Shown here: positions 1 to 8,411 of the stretch, piece by piece
Layout: each line of letters opens with the position of its first letter
How positions within the stretch are numbered: the first letter of the stretch is position 1
Source of the DNA: Chitinophaga pinensis
GTDB taxonomy: Bacteria; Bacteroidota; Bacteroidia; UKL13-3
Direction: 5' to 3'
DNA length: 64,000 bases
Assembly (NCBI GenBank): GCA_943372215.1
Contig: CALRXU020000022.1
Coordinates: 1,975 to 65,974 of the forward strand
Program-made: the position numbers and the translations under genes
The notes under the pieces: generated by a model
Database searches by the model: none
What the model was told of the DNA's origin: nothing
Seen by the model: the letters and a program-made list of their open reading frames with translations, nothing else

Positions 1-1550
1 TTCTCTGCTATCTTGTCGCCACGTTTTAAAATAAATTTGTCGTCTGTTGTTACTTCTATGGCAATGTCATCTCGATTTAGAATTTTTTTAATAAAGTCGT
101 TTAATTCTTGCTGTCCTGCTATAACACTTTTAAGTTGTGCTTCTAAAGTTTTATTTTTTGAAACTATCTTTTGAACATAACAAGTATATCTTTTTATGCA
201 ACGTTCCGAAAAGTTTTTATTCTGTTCTTTTGTTTTATAATCTTCCTGAATGAGAAATTGAGCAACTTGGTGCTTTTTTAATTTTGTCCTTGCGGCTTCT
301 TGCTCTGTTCCAAAGTTGTCAAGAAAGTTATTATGTGATGCGATTATCAAATTTGTGTCAATAATCCATTTGTTTAATTGGTCATTTATGGTTTGGTCAA
401 AGCTAACTGTATCAAGAGAATTGAAAATATTGTCTTTTTCTTTTCTTTCAAGTTCCGCCAAAAGATGTTTTAAATAGTCAAGATATTGATTTTGGATATT
501 TTGATAACTATCTAATTGTGTTTGATAATCATCTTGGTTATTATCAAAAAAATCATTTTTACTTGATGGGAAGTTTAACGATTCTAATCTTTCTTTTTCA
601 CTGTAAATCATTTTGCGACATTCTGAAATGCTTTCTCTGACTTTTGCTGCAGCATTAGAAAAATAGCTGTTTAATTCTTTGATTCTTGCTGGACTAATTT
701 CGTTGTCACAAAAAGAACATGTTGATTTGGATTCATGCAAAGGAATACCTGCTTTAGTCCAATAGTACAAGTCTGAATTGTTATCTAAAACTGTTATTAC
801 ATCAGTTTTCGTTGGCTCGGTTGCTAAAATCCCTTTTATAGAATTATACAATTCTTCTAAATGTGATTCAAATTCAGTTGGTATTATAGGTTGCCTGTCA
901 TTTGTTGCAAGTGAAGTCTTTTTTACTTTCGATAATTCAGTTTCATCTGTAATAACATGAGAAGTAAGATTACTTATTACTGAATTTTTTATTGTCGCAA
1001 AATGCCTTTTATCGAATTCAATAAGACTACTGAAAATATCATTTTTAATTCGTCTTGATTCCGCTGTAAATTTAGATGCGTCAAATTGATTGAATTCGTT
1101 AATGATTGTTTGAAATGGTTCTTTTTTTCCACGAACAGTTTCATTACCATTTACATTTTCAATACGTTTTAAATTTTCTTCGATTTCTTCTCGTATTGCA
1201 ACATTTTCCCCAACATCAAAAGATATTCCATTTACGTTTTCATCAGTATCCCACTTTAAATTTTCTCTTATGTATTCAGAGTTAAAAACCTCAACATTTA
1301 ATGTACATGCTGCAAGGTCAGTTTGTTTAATTTCTGAATTGTCAGAGAGTTGAAGTTTAAATTCAGCTTCTGTAAAATTTGGATGAAGTTGTTTGTTTTT
1401 TATAGATGAGAAAATTCTTGACAAAGTTGTCTTCCCTGTATAGTTCCACCCATATATTATATTTTTCTCTTTAAAGTCTGGTAATTGAGCTACCGATATG
1501 AAGTTTTTAAAAACTCCAAAATTTTTGATGGTCTGTATTTTTTTAATCAT
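1..1550 (-). CDS. AAA_13-type P-loop ATPase (PrrC/RloC-like family); the 3' end runs off the left edge of the window
   Basis: Hand translation of the minus strand from ATG 1550-1548 was checked in-frame for 1550-901 and again at the CxxC site; the rest down to position 1 was read less rigorously, and the absence of any minus-strand ORF in 1-1550 of the track is consistent with one open frame reaching the edge. It is absent from the ORF track because it has no in-window stop. N-terminus is MIKKIQTIKNFGVFKNF...NIIYGWNYTGKTTLSRIF (Walker A). An in-frame STCSFCDNEISPARIKELNSYF (CxxC at 719-708) is typical of this family. Only about 516 N-terminal codons are visible. Confidence 0.75.
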   Translation of the reverse strand, partial: MIKKIQTIKNFGVFKNFISVAQLPDFKEKNIIYGWNYTGKTTLSRIFSSIKNKQLHPNFTEAEFKLQLSDNSEIKQTDLAACTLNVEVFNSEYIRENLKWDTDENVNGISFDVGENVAIREEIEENLKRIENVNGNETVRGKKEPFQTIINEFNQFDASKFTAESRRIKNDIFSSLIEFDKRHFATIKNSVISNLTSHVITDETELSKVKKTSLATNDRQPIIPTEFESHLEELYNSIKGILATEPTKTDVITVLDNNSDLYYWTKAGIPLHESKSTCSFCDNEISPARIKELNSYFSNAAAKVRESISECRKMIYSEKERLESLNFPSSKNDFFDNNQDDYQTQLDSYQNIQNQYLDYLKHLLAELERKEKDNIFNSLDTVSFDQTINDQLNKWIIDTNLIIASHNNFLDNFGTEQEAARTKLKKHQVAQFLIQEDYKTKEQNKNFSERCIKRYTCYVQKIVSKNKTLEAQLKSVIAGQQELNDFIKKILNRDDIAIEVTTDDKFILKRGDKIAE

Positions 1551-1638
1551 ATGGTTGTTTTAGGTCAGTCGAAATTTGTAGGGTGTCAAGTAGCATGACG
1601 CACAACTTACTTATCTGCGCACCTAGTTTGTTGGTAAG

Positions 1639-1706
1639 GTGCACAATATTGACCAATAGGGTACTTTATGCGAACTAACATTACCAATTTCGAAGTGCAC
1701 AATATT
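1639..1706. repeat. Two exact copies of GTGCACAATATT (1639-1650 and 1695-1706), 56 bp apart, upstream of the ATPase start
   Basis: Read directly from the sequence. Each copy is two short palindromes (GTGCAC, AATATT). It lies in the 460-bp gap between the ATPase start and the pyrB stop. Confidence 0.5.
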
Positions 1707-2011
1707 TTTATTCATTTGGGTTTAATGTGTTTAATGGGTTCGCCAACATTGCTTGTTAAATTCTAGTTTTAACAAACCTATCCAAACACCATATCTAAAT
1801 CAAGAGTAGAAATACCCTTTTTTCATAGGGTAAATACTCTTTTTTAGCTAAAAAGGGGAAATGTTGTTGCTGAAAACTACTTTGTGGGGCTATGAAACAA
1901 GAAAATAGGCTTAAAGAACATGGGAAAGTAATGTTTTACCTTGCGCATTTGTGTTTAATGATTCTGGCTCGTTCTTTTTCTTCAAGGGTTTGATGGAATC
2001 GGTCATTTTAT

Positions 2012-2941
2012 TTACCCCTTTTGCCCGGCAAGCAAATACATCACCGCCATGCGCACGGCAACCCCATTTTCAACCTGGTCTAAAATAATGCTGTGTTTGC
2101 TATCGGCCACATCGCTGGTAATTTCTACCCCACGGTTAATTGGGCCAGGATGCATAATTACTATTTCTTTATTCAGTGCATCTAACCGTTGTTTGTCCAA
2201 CCCATACAGCATGGCATACTCACGCAAGGATGGAAAGTATTTGATATCCTGCCGTTCCAGTTGTATGCGCAGCATGTTGGCTACATCGCACCAGTTTAAT
2301 GCCTTCATCAAATCATGTTCCACTTTTACCCCCAAGGTTTCAATGTGTTTGGGTATTAAGGTGGTTGGGCCGCATACCATTACTTCTGCTCCCAGTTTTT
2401 GCAAGCAATAAATATTGGATAAAGCCACCCTGGAGTGGGTAATATCTCCCACAATCACCACCTTTTTGCCTTTTACAGTGCCCAGTTTTTCCCTGATGGA
2501 ATAGGCATCTAACAAGGCTTGTGTGGGATGCTCATGCGTGCCATCTCCGGCATTGATAATTTGTGCTTTAATGTGTTTGGCCAAAAACTGGCAAGCACCC
2601 GGTGCGGGGTGTCGCATCACCACCATATCCACCTTCATGGCCAGGATATTGTTTACGGTATCAATTAAGGTTTCGCCTTTTGATACTGATGAGGAAGAAG
2701 CCGAAAAATTAACCACATCGGCACTTAACCGTTTTTGCGCCAATTCAAACGAAATACGGGTGCGGGTAGAGTTTTCGAAAAAGATGTTTGCTACGGTAAC
2801 ATCACGCAAGGAAGGTACTTTTTTAATGGGGCGGTTAATAATGGCTTTAAAATTATCGCTGGTTTCAAACACCAGTTCAATATCATCCGGGTTAATATCT
2901 TTAATCCCTAAAAGGTGAGGCTGACTGAATTTTTTACTCAT
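2012..2941 (-). CDS. pyrB: Aspartate carbamoyltransferase catalytic subunit
   Basis: 309-aa ORF with the ATCase motifs FFENSTRTRISFE, HPTQALLD and HPGPINRG. Confidence 0.95.
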   Translation of the reverse strand: MSKKFSQPHLLGIKDINPDDIELVFETSDNFKAIINRPIKKVPSLRDVTVANIFFENSTRTRISFELAQKRLSADVVNFSASSSSVSKGETLIDTVNNILAMKVDMVVMRHPAPGACQFLAKHIKAQIINAGDGTHEHPTQALLDAYSIREKLGTVKGKKVVIVGDITHSRVALSNIYCLQKLGAEVMVCGPTTLIPKHIETLGVKVEHDLMKALNWCDVANMLRIQLERQDIKYFPSLREYAMLYGLDKQRLDALNKEIVIMHPGPINRGVEITSDVADSKHSIILDQVENGVAVRMAVMYLLAGQKG

Positions 2942-2979
2942 TTATTCCGCTTCCGTTAAAATCTTTTTTGTTCCAGTTG

Positions 2980-3525
2980 TTAAGCATTATTGGTAATAAT
3001 ATGCACCAAATCCTGTTTGGTGGTTTCTTTCCATTCCACTTTAACCTTGTCATTCGATCGGGTGTCCACTTCAATGCCTGTGTAATCTGGTTGTATGGGC
3101 AAATGACGGCTGTAACGCCTGTCTACCAACACCAACAGCTCCACTTTATTGGGGCGACCAAAATCGGTTAAGGCATCCAATGCGCTTCTGATGGTTCTGC
3201 CTGTGTAAAGCACATCATCCACAATCACAATGTTTTTATCTTGTACCGCAAAATTAATGTTCATTACATTGGGTACAATCTGCTCATTGCCGCGCCTAAA
3301 ATCATCCCGGTAAAACGCAATATCCAATTCACCATAAAGCACCTTTTTGGTGTGGAGTATTTCAGAAACCCGTTCATGTATCCTGCGCGAAAGGTAAATG
3401 CCCCTTGGTTGCAAACCAATAATGGCCGTGTTTGAAAAATCACCATGTTTTTCAATCAACTCAAAACATAACCGATCAATGGTAATGCTAAATTGTTTTT
3501 TTTCAAGGATGATTTTTCCGTTCAT
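2980..3525 (-). CDS. pyrR: Bifunctional pyrimidine operon regulator / uracil phosphoribosyltransferase
   Basis: 181-aa ORF with the PRTase motif IVIVDDVLYTGRTIRSAL and PyrR-like length. It lies 38 nt upstream of pyrB. Confidence 0.9.
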   Translation of the reverse strand: MNGKIILEKKQFSITIDRLCFELIEKHGDFSNTAIIGLQPRGIYLSRRIHERVSEILHTKKVLYGELDIAFYRDDFRRGNEQIVPNVMNINFAVQDKNIVIVDDVLYTGRTIRSALDALTDFGRPNKVELLVLVDRRYSRHLPIQPDYTGIEVDTRSNDKVKVEWKETTKQDLVHIITNNA

Positions 3526-3689
3526 GTTGTTTCGCGCTCGAGTTTTACAACCTCCGGTTTTCCATTGTTATCAACCACTATAAAAGGAAACTTGCTATGT
3601 CGTGTTTTTTCAATGGCATTTTGCACAGCTTCTTTAAATCCTTTTAAAAGTTGTTCTTTTATCCAGTTGTGTTTTTCGTCAGCTGACAT
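3522..3689 (-). CDS. 55-aa ORF of unknown function (MSADEKHNWIKEQLLKGFKEAVQNAIEKTRHSKFPFIVVDNNGKPEVVKLERETT)
   Basis: Hand translated; it falls below the ORF-track length cutoff. Its ATG (3689-3687) lies inside the last codons of the kinase gene (ATGTCAGCTGA). Its TGA overlaps the pyrR ATG (ATGA). It exactly fills the space between the two genes. Confidence 0.45.
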   Translation of the reverse strand: MSADEKHNWIKEQLLKGFKEAVQNAIEKTRHSKFPFIVVDNNGKPEVVKLERETT

Positions 3690-4251
3690 ATTGATTAATT
3701 TGATTCCAAATATCGTGATTAATTATTAAATTTTTGCTGTTTAAGCCTCCCTCGGCTACCAGCCTGGTTTCGCTGGAAGAATTATCCAATAAATACCAGT
3801 TATTGCAGATGTTGCAATAATGATTGATAAAGTTTTCCAAACTCCGGATGTATCTTCTTTCTATATCAGCACTCGGGATGTCATGACCTCCATTAAGCAC
3901 CCTGTACTTTACGCGCTCTTTAGCTTGTTCAACAGATTTAAGCCAAATATAAATGAGTGCAACCGTATAATTTTCAGATTGCGCTTGTTTAATAAGTCGA
4001 AGATAACTTTTGCTTGAAAGGGTGGTTTCTAAAGCAAAACTTTTGCCATCTTTTAACAATTCTGCAACCCGATTCAACATCAATTTTCCTGCTTGTATAG
4101 CAACCTCTTCGGGCTTAAATGGGGATAAACCAGCTGCTATGGCATCTGCATTTACAAATTCATCAATCTCCAGATACTTCGGCAAAATCGTCATGCTGGC
4201 AGTGGTTTTCCCTGCACCGTTCGGACCTGCTATGATGTATAAATCGGGCAT
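3679..4251 (-). CDS. Zeta-toxin-family P-loop kinase-like protein
   Basis: 190-aa ORF with Walker A IIAGPNGAGKTT at the N-terminus. Size and layout resemble short zeta-toxin / predicted ABC-type ATPase proteins. Confidence 0.75.
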   Translation of the reverse strand: MPDLYIIAGPNGAGKTTASMTILPKYLEIDEFVNADAIAAGLSPFKPEEVAIQAGKLMLNRVAELLKDGKSFALETTLSSKSYLRLIKQAQSENYTVALIYIWLKSVEQAKERVKYRVLNGGHDIPSADIERRYIRSLENFINHYCNICNNWYLLDNSSSETRLVAEGGLNSKNLIINHDIWNQINQYVS

Positions 4252-4662
4252 TTATTTGGTTTCGGATAAGGCCAAAATATGGTCAAACTCCACTTGTTTT
4301 ACTGTTCCAACGCTCAATCGTCCCAATCGCACCAAGTCCATTTGTTGAAGGCTTTTATCCGCCTTTACCTGTTCAAGTGAAATGGGCTTTTTTAGCTTTT
4401 TAAACGGCTTTAATTCCACCACACTCCAATCGCCTTCGGTGGCGGTAGGGTCGGGGTAATGCTCTTTGCTTACCTTGGCAATGCCTACAATTTCTTTGCC
4501 TTCATTGCTATGGTACCAAAGTACCAAGTCTCCCTTTTTCATGGCACGCAGGTTGTTGCGGGCAGCATAATTGCGCACCCCATCCCACATGGTGTTTTTA
4601 TCCTGTTCAAATTGCTCCCAGCTATACTTGAAAGGTTCTGATTTTACGAGCCAGTAGTTCAT
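4252..4662 (-). CDS. EVE (PUA-like) domain protein
   Basis: 136-aa ORF MNYWLVKSEPFKYSWEQF...WDGVRNYAARNNLRAMKKGDLVLWYHS...IVGIAKV, a characteristic EVE-domain pattern. Its stop TAA directly abuts the kinase ATG. Confidence 0.85.
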   Translation of the reverse strand: MNYWLVKSEPFKYSWEQFEQDKNTMWDGVRNYAARNNLRAMKKGDLVLWYHSNEGKEIVGIAKVSKEHYPDPTATEGDWSVVELKPFKKLKKPISLEQVKADKSLQQMDLVRLGRLSVGTVKQVEFDHILALSETK

Positions 4663-4722
4663 GATACAATTATAGTTAATTTATCATTCACTGAATGGTG
4701 TTTTACGGAATCAATCCTATTT

Positions 4723-5016
4723 TTAGAATTTCTTCTTACGTGGACTTTGTCTGGTGTCGTAGAAGGTAATTAAAACAATTTTAGCTGGATATATTTTATA
4801 AATTAACAAATTATGAGGGGTTACCAATGCCTCATGAATATTTTTCCTATTGGTTTTCCTAAACATCAATGGATGTTCAGCGATATAATTAATAACCTTT
4901 TCAGTTGCAGCTATAAAATGGGTTACCTCTTTTTCTGTCCAATGCTCATACAAGTACTCCAATACCCTAAAAAACGTAATTTCTGATTGGGGAGACCAGA
5001 TTATTTCTTTAGCCAT
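4723..5016 (-). CDS. Type II toxin, RelE/ParE family
   Basis: 97-aa ORF with a sequence pattern typical of Bacteroidota RelE/ParE toxins. It overlaps the upstream small gene by 16 nt. Confidence 0.8.
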   Translation of the reverse strand: MAKEIIWSPQSEITFFRVLEYLYEHWTEKEVTHFIAATEKVINYIAEHPLMFRKTNRKNIHEALVTPHNLLIYKIYPAKIVLITFYDTRQSPRKKKF

Positions 5017-5237
5017 TTTTTAGCCCTTTTCATAACGACTGAGTGTGAAGTCCCTTCTCCGCGGTCGGCTTCCATAATACCTTGTTCTACCGAAGCTTTT
5101 ACATCATTCGGTAAGCACTCAAACCAATCTTCGCTAGGATACGTATCAAACACTGCTTTGATATGATTGATAATGCCTTTGTCTTTGGTATCAATAATCT
5201 TTTTAGCTAAATCCAGTTTAAGTGTTGAGATACTCAT
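5001..5237 (-). CDS. Putative antitoxin partner of the RelE/ParE toxin
   Basis: 78-aa ORF immediately upstream of, and overlapping, the toxin gene. This is classical toxin-antitoxin gene geometry. Confidence 0.65.
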   Translation of the reverse strand: MSISTLKLDLAKKIIDTKDKGIINHIKAVFDTYPSEDWFECLPNDVKASVEQGIMEADRGEGTSHSVVMKRAKKWLKK

Positions 5238-5490
5238 TTGTTTATGCTTAATAAGTCAAATTTAAGAAAAATCTTGTAACAAATATTGCTTGAGTCATAG
5301 AAATCTATCGGAATTGCATCTTTTTTTATCTAAGAAAATTGCTTTAGCAATCAACAAGGCCAAATAAAAAATTAGCCTAACGAGTTAAAAAGGATGTGGG
5401 ATTTGGGGCGAAGCCCCAGTATAAGGAATGCAATAATGAATTGTTTAAGGATTTTATCATACAAAGAACAACTGGTAAGGAAGTATATAT

Positions 5491-5566
5491 TCATTTGTTT
5501 TTTATCCTTTTCATATTGCTCCCAGCTATATTTAAAAGGTTATGATTTAACTAACCAATAATTCAT
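5491..5566 (-). pseudogene. Decayed 5' fragment of a second EVE-domain gene
   Basis: The minus strand reads ATGAATTATTGGTTAGTTAAATCATAACC..., translating as MNYWLVKS*PFKYSWEQYEKDKK. The intact EVE begins MNYWLVKSEPFKYSWEQFEQDKN. About 58 of 69 nt match 4594-4662 by eye. There is an in-frame TAA at codon 9, and similarity ends after about 25 codons. Confidence 0.6.
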
Positions 5567-5639
5567 TGGTTCAATTATAGCTAAATTTAGAAAATTAGAT
5601 ATGATAAATATGCACCTTCCGGATAAATGCAGTGACTTT

Positions 5640-6374
5640 TTATTGAGGAGTGACGTCAAACACGGGAATAAAAAGCCGGGTTTCCTCCAGTTTTAAGCCA
5701 TATTGCTGGATAAGCTCGTTTTGCAGGTTGCTGAAAGGTGACAACTTTAGTTTAAAAGCATATTGGCTGGTATCACTAATGGTTGTGGTGATGTGTTGGG
5801 CAAGTTGTTGATTAAGCGTTTTTGCAAGTGAGGATATAAAAATATGCTGAGAAGTAATGCTTAACCCATCACCTGCCACTTGTATACTATTGGATGATGA
5901 ATAAGCTAATCTGCACTGTTGTAACCGCGCATAATCCGCTACCACTAGATTATACACGGTAGCAAGCGCACTATCGGCCTTTACCTTAAAGTGAAACAGG
6001 TTTTCCAGTTTAACAAGAATGGCCTGTTTATTAATCCCACTTTTTTTATCCGATTGATGATAGTAAACATTTATAAAAGGATTTTTAAACTCCTGATTTT
6101 TTAGAAGAATATTTTTCTCTGGGGTTTTACACAACAATGCAATCACCTCAGTTAAACGGAGTCCGTAATAAGCCAACGAATCGGATGTTTCCATAATTTT
6201 TCTGTAGTACTGGCATTGGATGTCTCCTTTATCATTAGTTTTAGTTCCGGTTTCTTGTACCATCAGTTGATATGTGGGTGTTTGATCGGTTAAAAGAGTT
6301 TTATCACTGGTAACTTGTTTGATGTTGCATCCCACAAAAACAATAAGGATAATATAAAATATAAATCGGGTCAT
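5640..6374 (-). CDS. Hypothetical lipoprotein
   Basis: 244-aa ORF with an N-terminal hydrophobic segment ending in a lipobox-like FVGC. Confidence 0.5.
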   Translation of the reverse strand: MTRFIFYIILIVFVGCNIKQVTSDKTLLTDQTPTYQLMVQETGTKTNDKGDIQCQYYRKIMETSDSLAYYGLRLTEVIALLCKTPEKNILLKNQEFKNPFINVYYHQSDKKSGINKQAILVKLENLFHFKVKADSALATVYNLVVADYARLQQCRLAYSSSNSIQVAGDGLSITSQHIFISSLAKTLNQQLAQHITTTISDTSQYAFKLKLSPFSNLQNELIQQYGLKLEETRLFIPVFDVTPQ

Positions 6375-6466
6375 AATAAGTTTATCATTATTTGCAAAGT
6401 TTAACTTAATAGAAATACAAGGGTTTTACCGTTTATCAAAAAAGACATCCTTGCTATAGAAAGGGC

Positions 6467-6498
6467 AAAAAAAAATCCCGACACATGGCCGGGATTTT
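6467..6498 (-). terminator. Rho-independent terminator downstream of rpsA
   Basis: 9-bp stem AAAATCCCG / CGGGATTTT with a 9-nt loop, followed on the minus strand by a T-run (the A-run at 6467-6475 on plus). Confidence 0.6.
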
Positions 6499-6516
6499 TG
6501 TTAAAGATATCTGTAA

Positions 6517-8355
6517 TTAGTCTTTTTTCTCTAATTGAGCTTTTAACGCTGCAAGTCCTTCAACGTCTGCAAAGGTTGATTTCTCATTGCTTTCGTTCAG
6601 TTTCTTAGCGGCTTTAGTCGCTTTCTCTTTATCGTCAGTACGTTTTTTCTCGTCTGCTTTTTTCTCTTCCACAGCATCTTGCTTCCACACAGCAGTTAAC
6701 GAAACCACAATACGTTTGTTTTCTTTGTTAAACTCAGTAACCCTAAACTCTGCTGTTTCGTCTTCTTTAGCAACAGTTTTGTCTTCGCGTTGCAATTGTT
6801 TAATAGGAGCGTATCCCTCAACCCCGTAAGGTAAAGCAATGGTAGCACTCTTATCTTCAATTTTTAACACGGTACCTTCGTGTAATGAACCAACCGTGAA
6901 GATGGTTTCAAAAGTATCCCAAGGGTTTTCATCCAATTGTTTGTGTCCTAAACTTAATCTGCGGTTTTCAAGATCAACCTCAAGTACCAATACATCAAGT
7001 TCTTGGTCTTTTTTCACAAACTCAGCCGGATGTTTGATTTTTTTGGTCCAGCTTAAATCGCTTACGTGAACCAATCCATCAACACCTTCTTCCAACTCAA
7101 CAAATAAACCATAGTTGGTCATGTTGCGAACAACACCCTTATGGCGTGAGCCAATTGGGTATCTTTCGTTAATGGCAACCCAAGGATCTGCTTTAAGTTG
7201 TTTAATGCCTAACGACATTTTGCGCTCTTCTTTTTCTAAAGTAAGGATAACGGCTTCTATTTCGTCTCCCAACTTCATAAAGTCTTGAGGGCTTCTTAAG
7301 TGCTGACTCCAGCTCATTTCACTTACGTGAATCAAACCTTCTACACCAGGAGCAATCTCAAGGAATGCACCGTAATCAGCAATATTTACAATTTTACCTT
7401 TAACAGTTGCACCAACAACAAGGGTGTCTGCTAAACTATCCCAAGGATGAGATGAAAGTTGTTTTAATCCTAAGCTGATACGTTTTTTCTCGTCATCAAA
7501 ATCCAACACAACAACGTTGATTTGTTGGTCCATTTTTAACAACTCTTCTGGGTGGTTAATACGTCCCCATGAAATATCAGTGATATGCAATAAACCATCA
7601 ACACCACCCAAATCAATAAATACGCCAAATGAAGTCATGTTTTTAACCGTTCCTTCAAGCACTTGGCCTTTTTCTAATTTAGATAGGATGTCTGATTTTT
7701 GTTTTTCAATATCTTCTTCAATCAATACCTTGTGAGAGATTACCACATTTTTAAATGCATGGTTTACTTTTACCACTTTAAATGGCATGGTTTGACCAAC
7801 ATAAATGTCATAATCCTTAATTGGCTTGGTATCAATTTGAGAACCTGGTAAGAAAGTATCAATGCCATGTACTTCAACCACTAAACCACCTTTGGTGCGG
7901 GTTTTTACATAACCATTTACAATCTCATCATTCTCAAAACTAGCCATGATGTTTTCCCATGCGCGTTCGCTCATGGCTTTTTTACGAGATAACACAAGTT
8001 GACCCAAAGCGTCTTCTTTGTTTTCTAATAATACTTCTACCACATCACCAACTTTAAGGTCTGGCATGTCGCGGAATTCAGTTTTAGCAATCAAACCATC
8101 AGATTTGAAGCCAATGTTTAGCACCACTTCTTTTTCGGTAAAACCTACTACGGTACCTTTTACGATTTCTTTCTCAGCAATAGTGCTAAGTGTTTGCTCA
8201 TAAAGACTTTCAAGACCAGCTCTTTCGTCTTTAGAATAGTTGCCGAATCCGGCTTTGTCCATGCTCCAGTCAAAATCTGCACTTGGAGTCTCGAATTGAA
8301 TGTTTGTGTTGTTTGTCAAGTATTTAATTCTCCTTTCGCTTAAAAAAGCGGTCAA
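6517..8355 (-). CDS. rpsA: 30S ribosomal protein S1
   Basis: 612-aa ORF with six S1-type repeats (e.g. GTVVGF..., GYVKTRTKGGLVVEV, GTVKNMTSFGVFIDLG, GKIVNIADYGAFLEI, GVVRNMTNYGLFVEL). The start is uncertain because the track start is TTG. An in-frame TTG giving MTNNTNIQFE is an alternative. Confidence 0.95.
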   Translation of the reverse strand: MTAFLSERRIKYLTNNTNIQFETPSADFDWSMDKAGFGNYSKDERAGLESLYEQTLSTIAEKEIVKGTVVGFTEKEVVLNIGFKSDGLIAKTEFRDMPDLKVGDVVEVLLENKEDALGQLVLSRKKAMSERAWENIMASFENDEIVNGYVKTRTKGGLVVEVHGIDTFLPGSQIDTKPIKDYDIYVGQTMPFKVVKVNHAFKNVVISHKVLIEEDIEKQKSDILSKLEKGQVLEGTVKNMTSFGVFIDLGGVDGLLHITDISWGRINHPEELLKMDQQINVVVLDFDDEKKRISLGLKQLSSHPWDSLADTLVVGATVKGKIVNIADYGAFLEIAPGVEGLIHVSEMSWSQHLRSPQDFMKLGDEIEAVILTLEKEERKMSLGIKQLKADPWVAINERYPIGSRHKGVVRNMTNYGLFVELEEGVDGLVHVSDLSWTKKIKHPAEFVKKDQELDVLVLEVDLENRRLSLGHKQLDENPWDTFETIFTVGSLHEGTVLKIEDKSATIALPYGVEGYAPIKQLQREDKTVAKEDETAEFRVTEFNKENKRIVVSLTAVWKQDAVEEKKADEKKRTDDKEKATKAAKKLNESNEKSTFADVEGLAALKAQLEKKD

Positions 8356-8411
8356 AGGTATGAAAATAATTGCGATTACAAATACTTAGTTAGAAATTAA
8401 TTTTCAATGAT

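Noticed and set aside
1911-2006. 31-codon minus-strand ORF (MTDSIKPLKKKNEPESLNTNAQGKTLLSHVL) starting 5 nt after the pyrB stop.
   Set aside because: It is very short, has no recognisable features and sits in an AT-rich gap. It is as likely chance as coding.
2049-2918. Two plus-strand ORFs (120 and 131 aa) overlapping pyrB.
   Set aside because: They are antisense to a gene with unmistakable ATCase motifs. Their Cys/Ser-rich translations look like typical shadow ORFs.
3541-3575. Possible PyrR-binding attenuator RNA upstream of pyrR. The minus strand reads ...GGAAAACCGGAGGUUGUAAAAC..., loosely recalling the Bacillus PyrR-box core UCCAGAGAGGCU.
   Set aside because: The match needs two gaps, and only a 4-bp flanking stem (ACAA/UUGU) is available. 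It lies inside the 55-codon ORF, and no terminator/antiterminator alternative could be drawn. It cannot be supported by eye.
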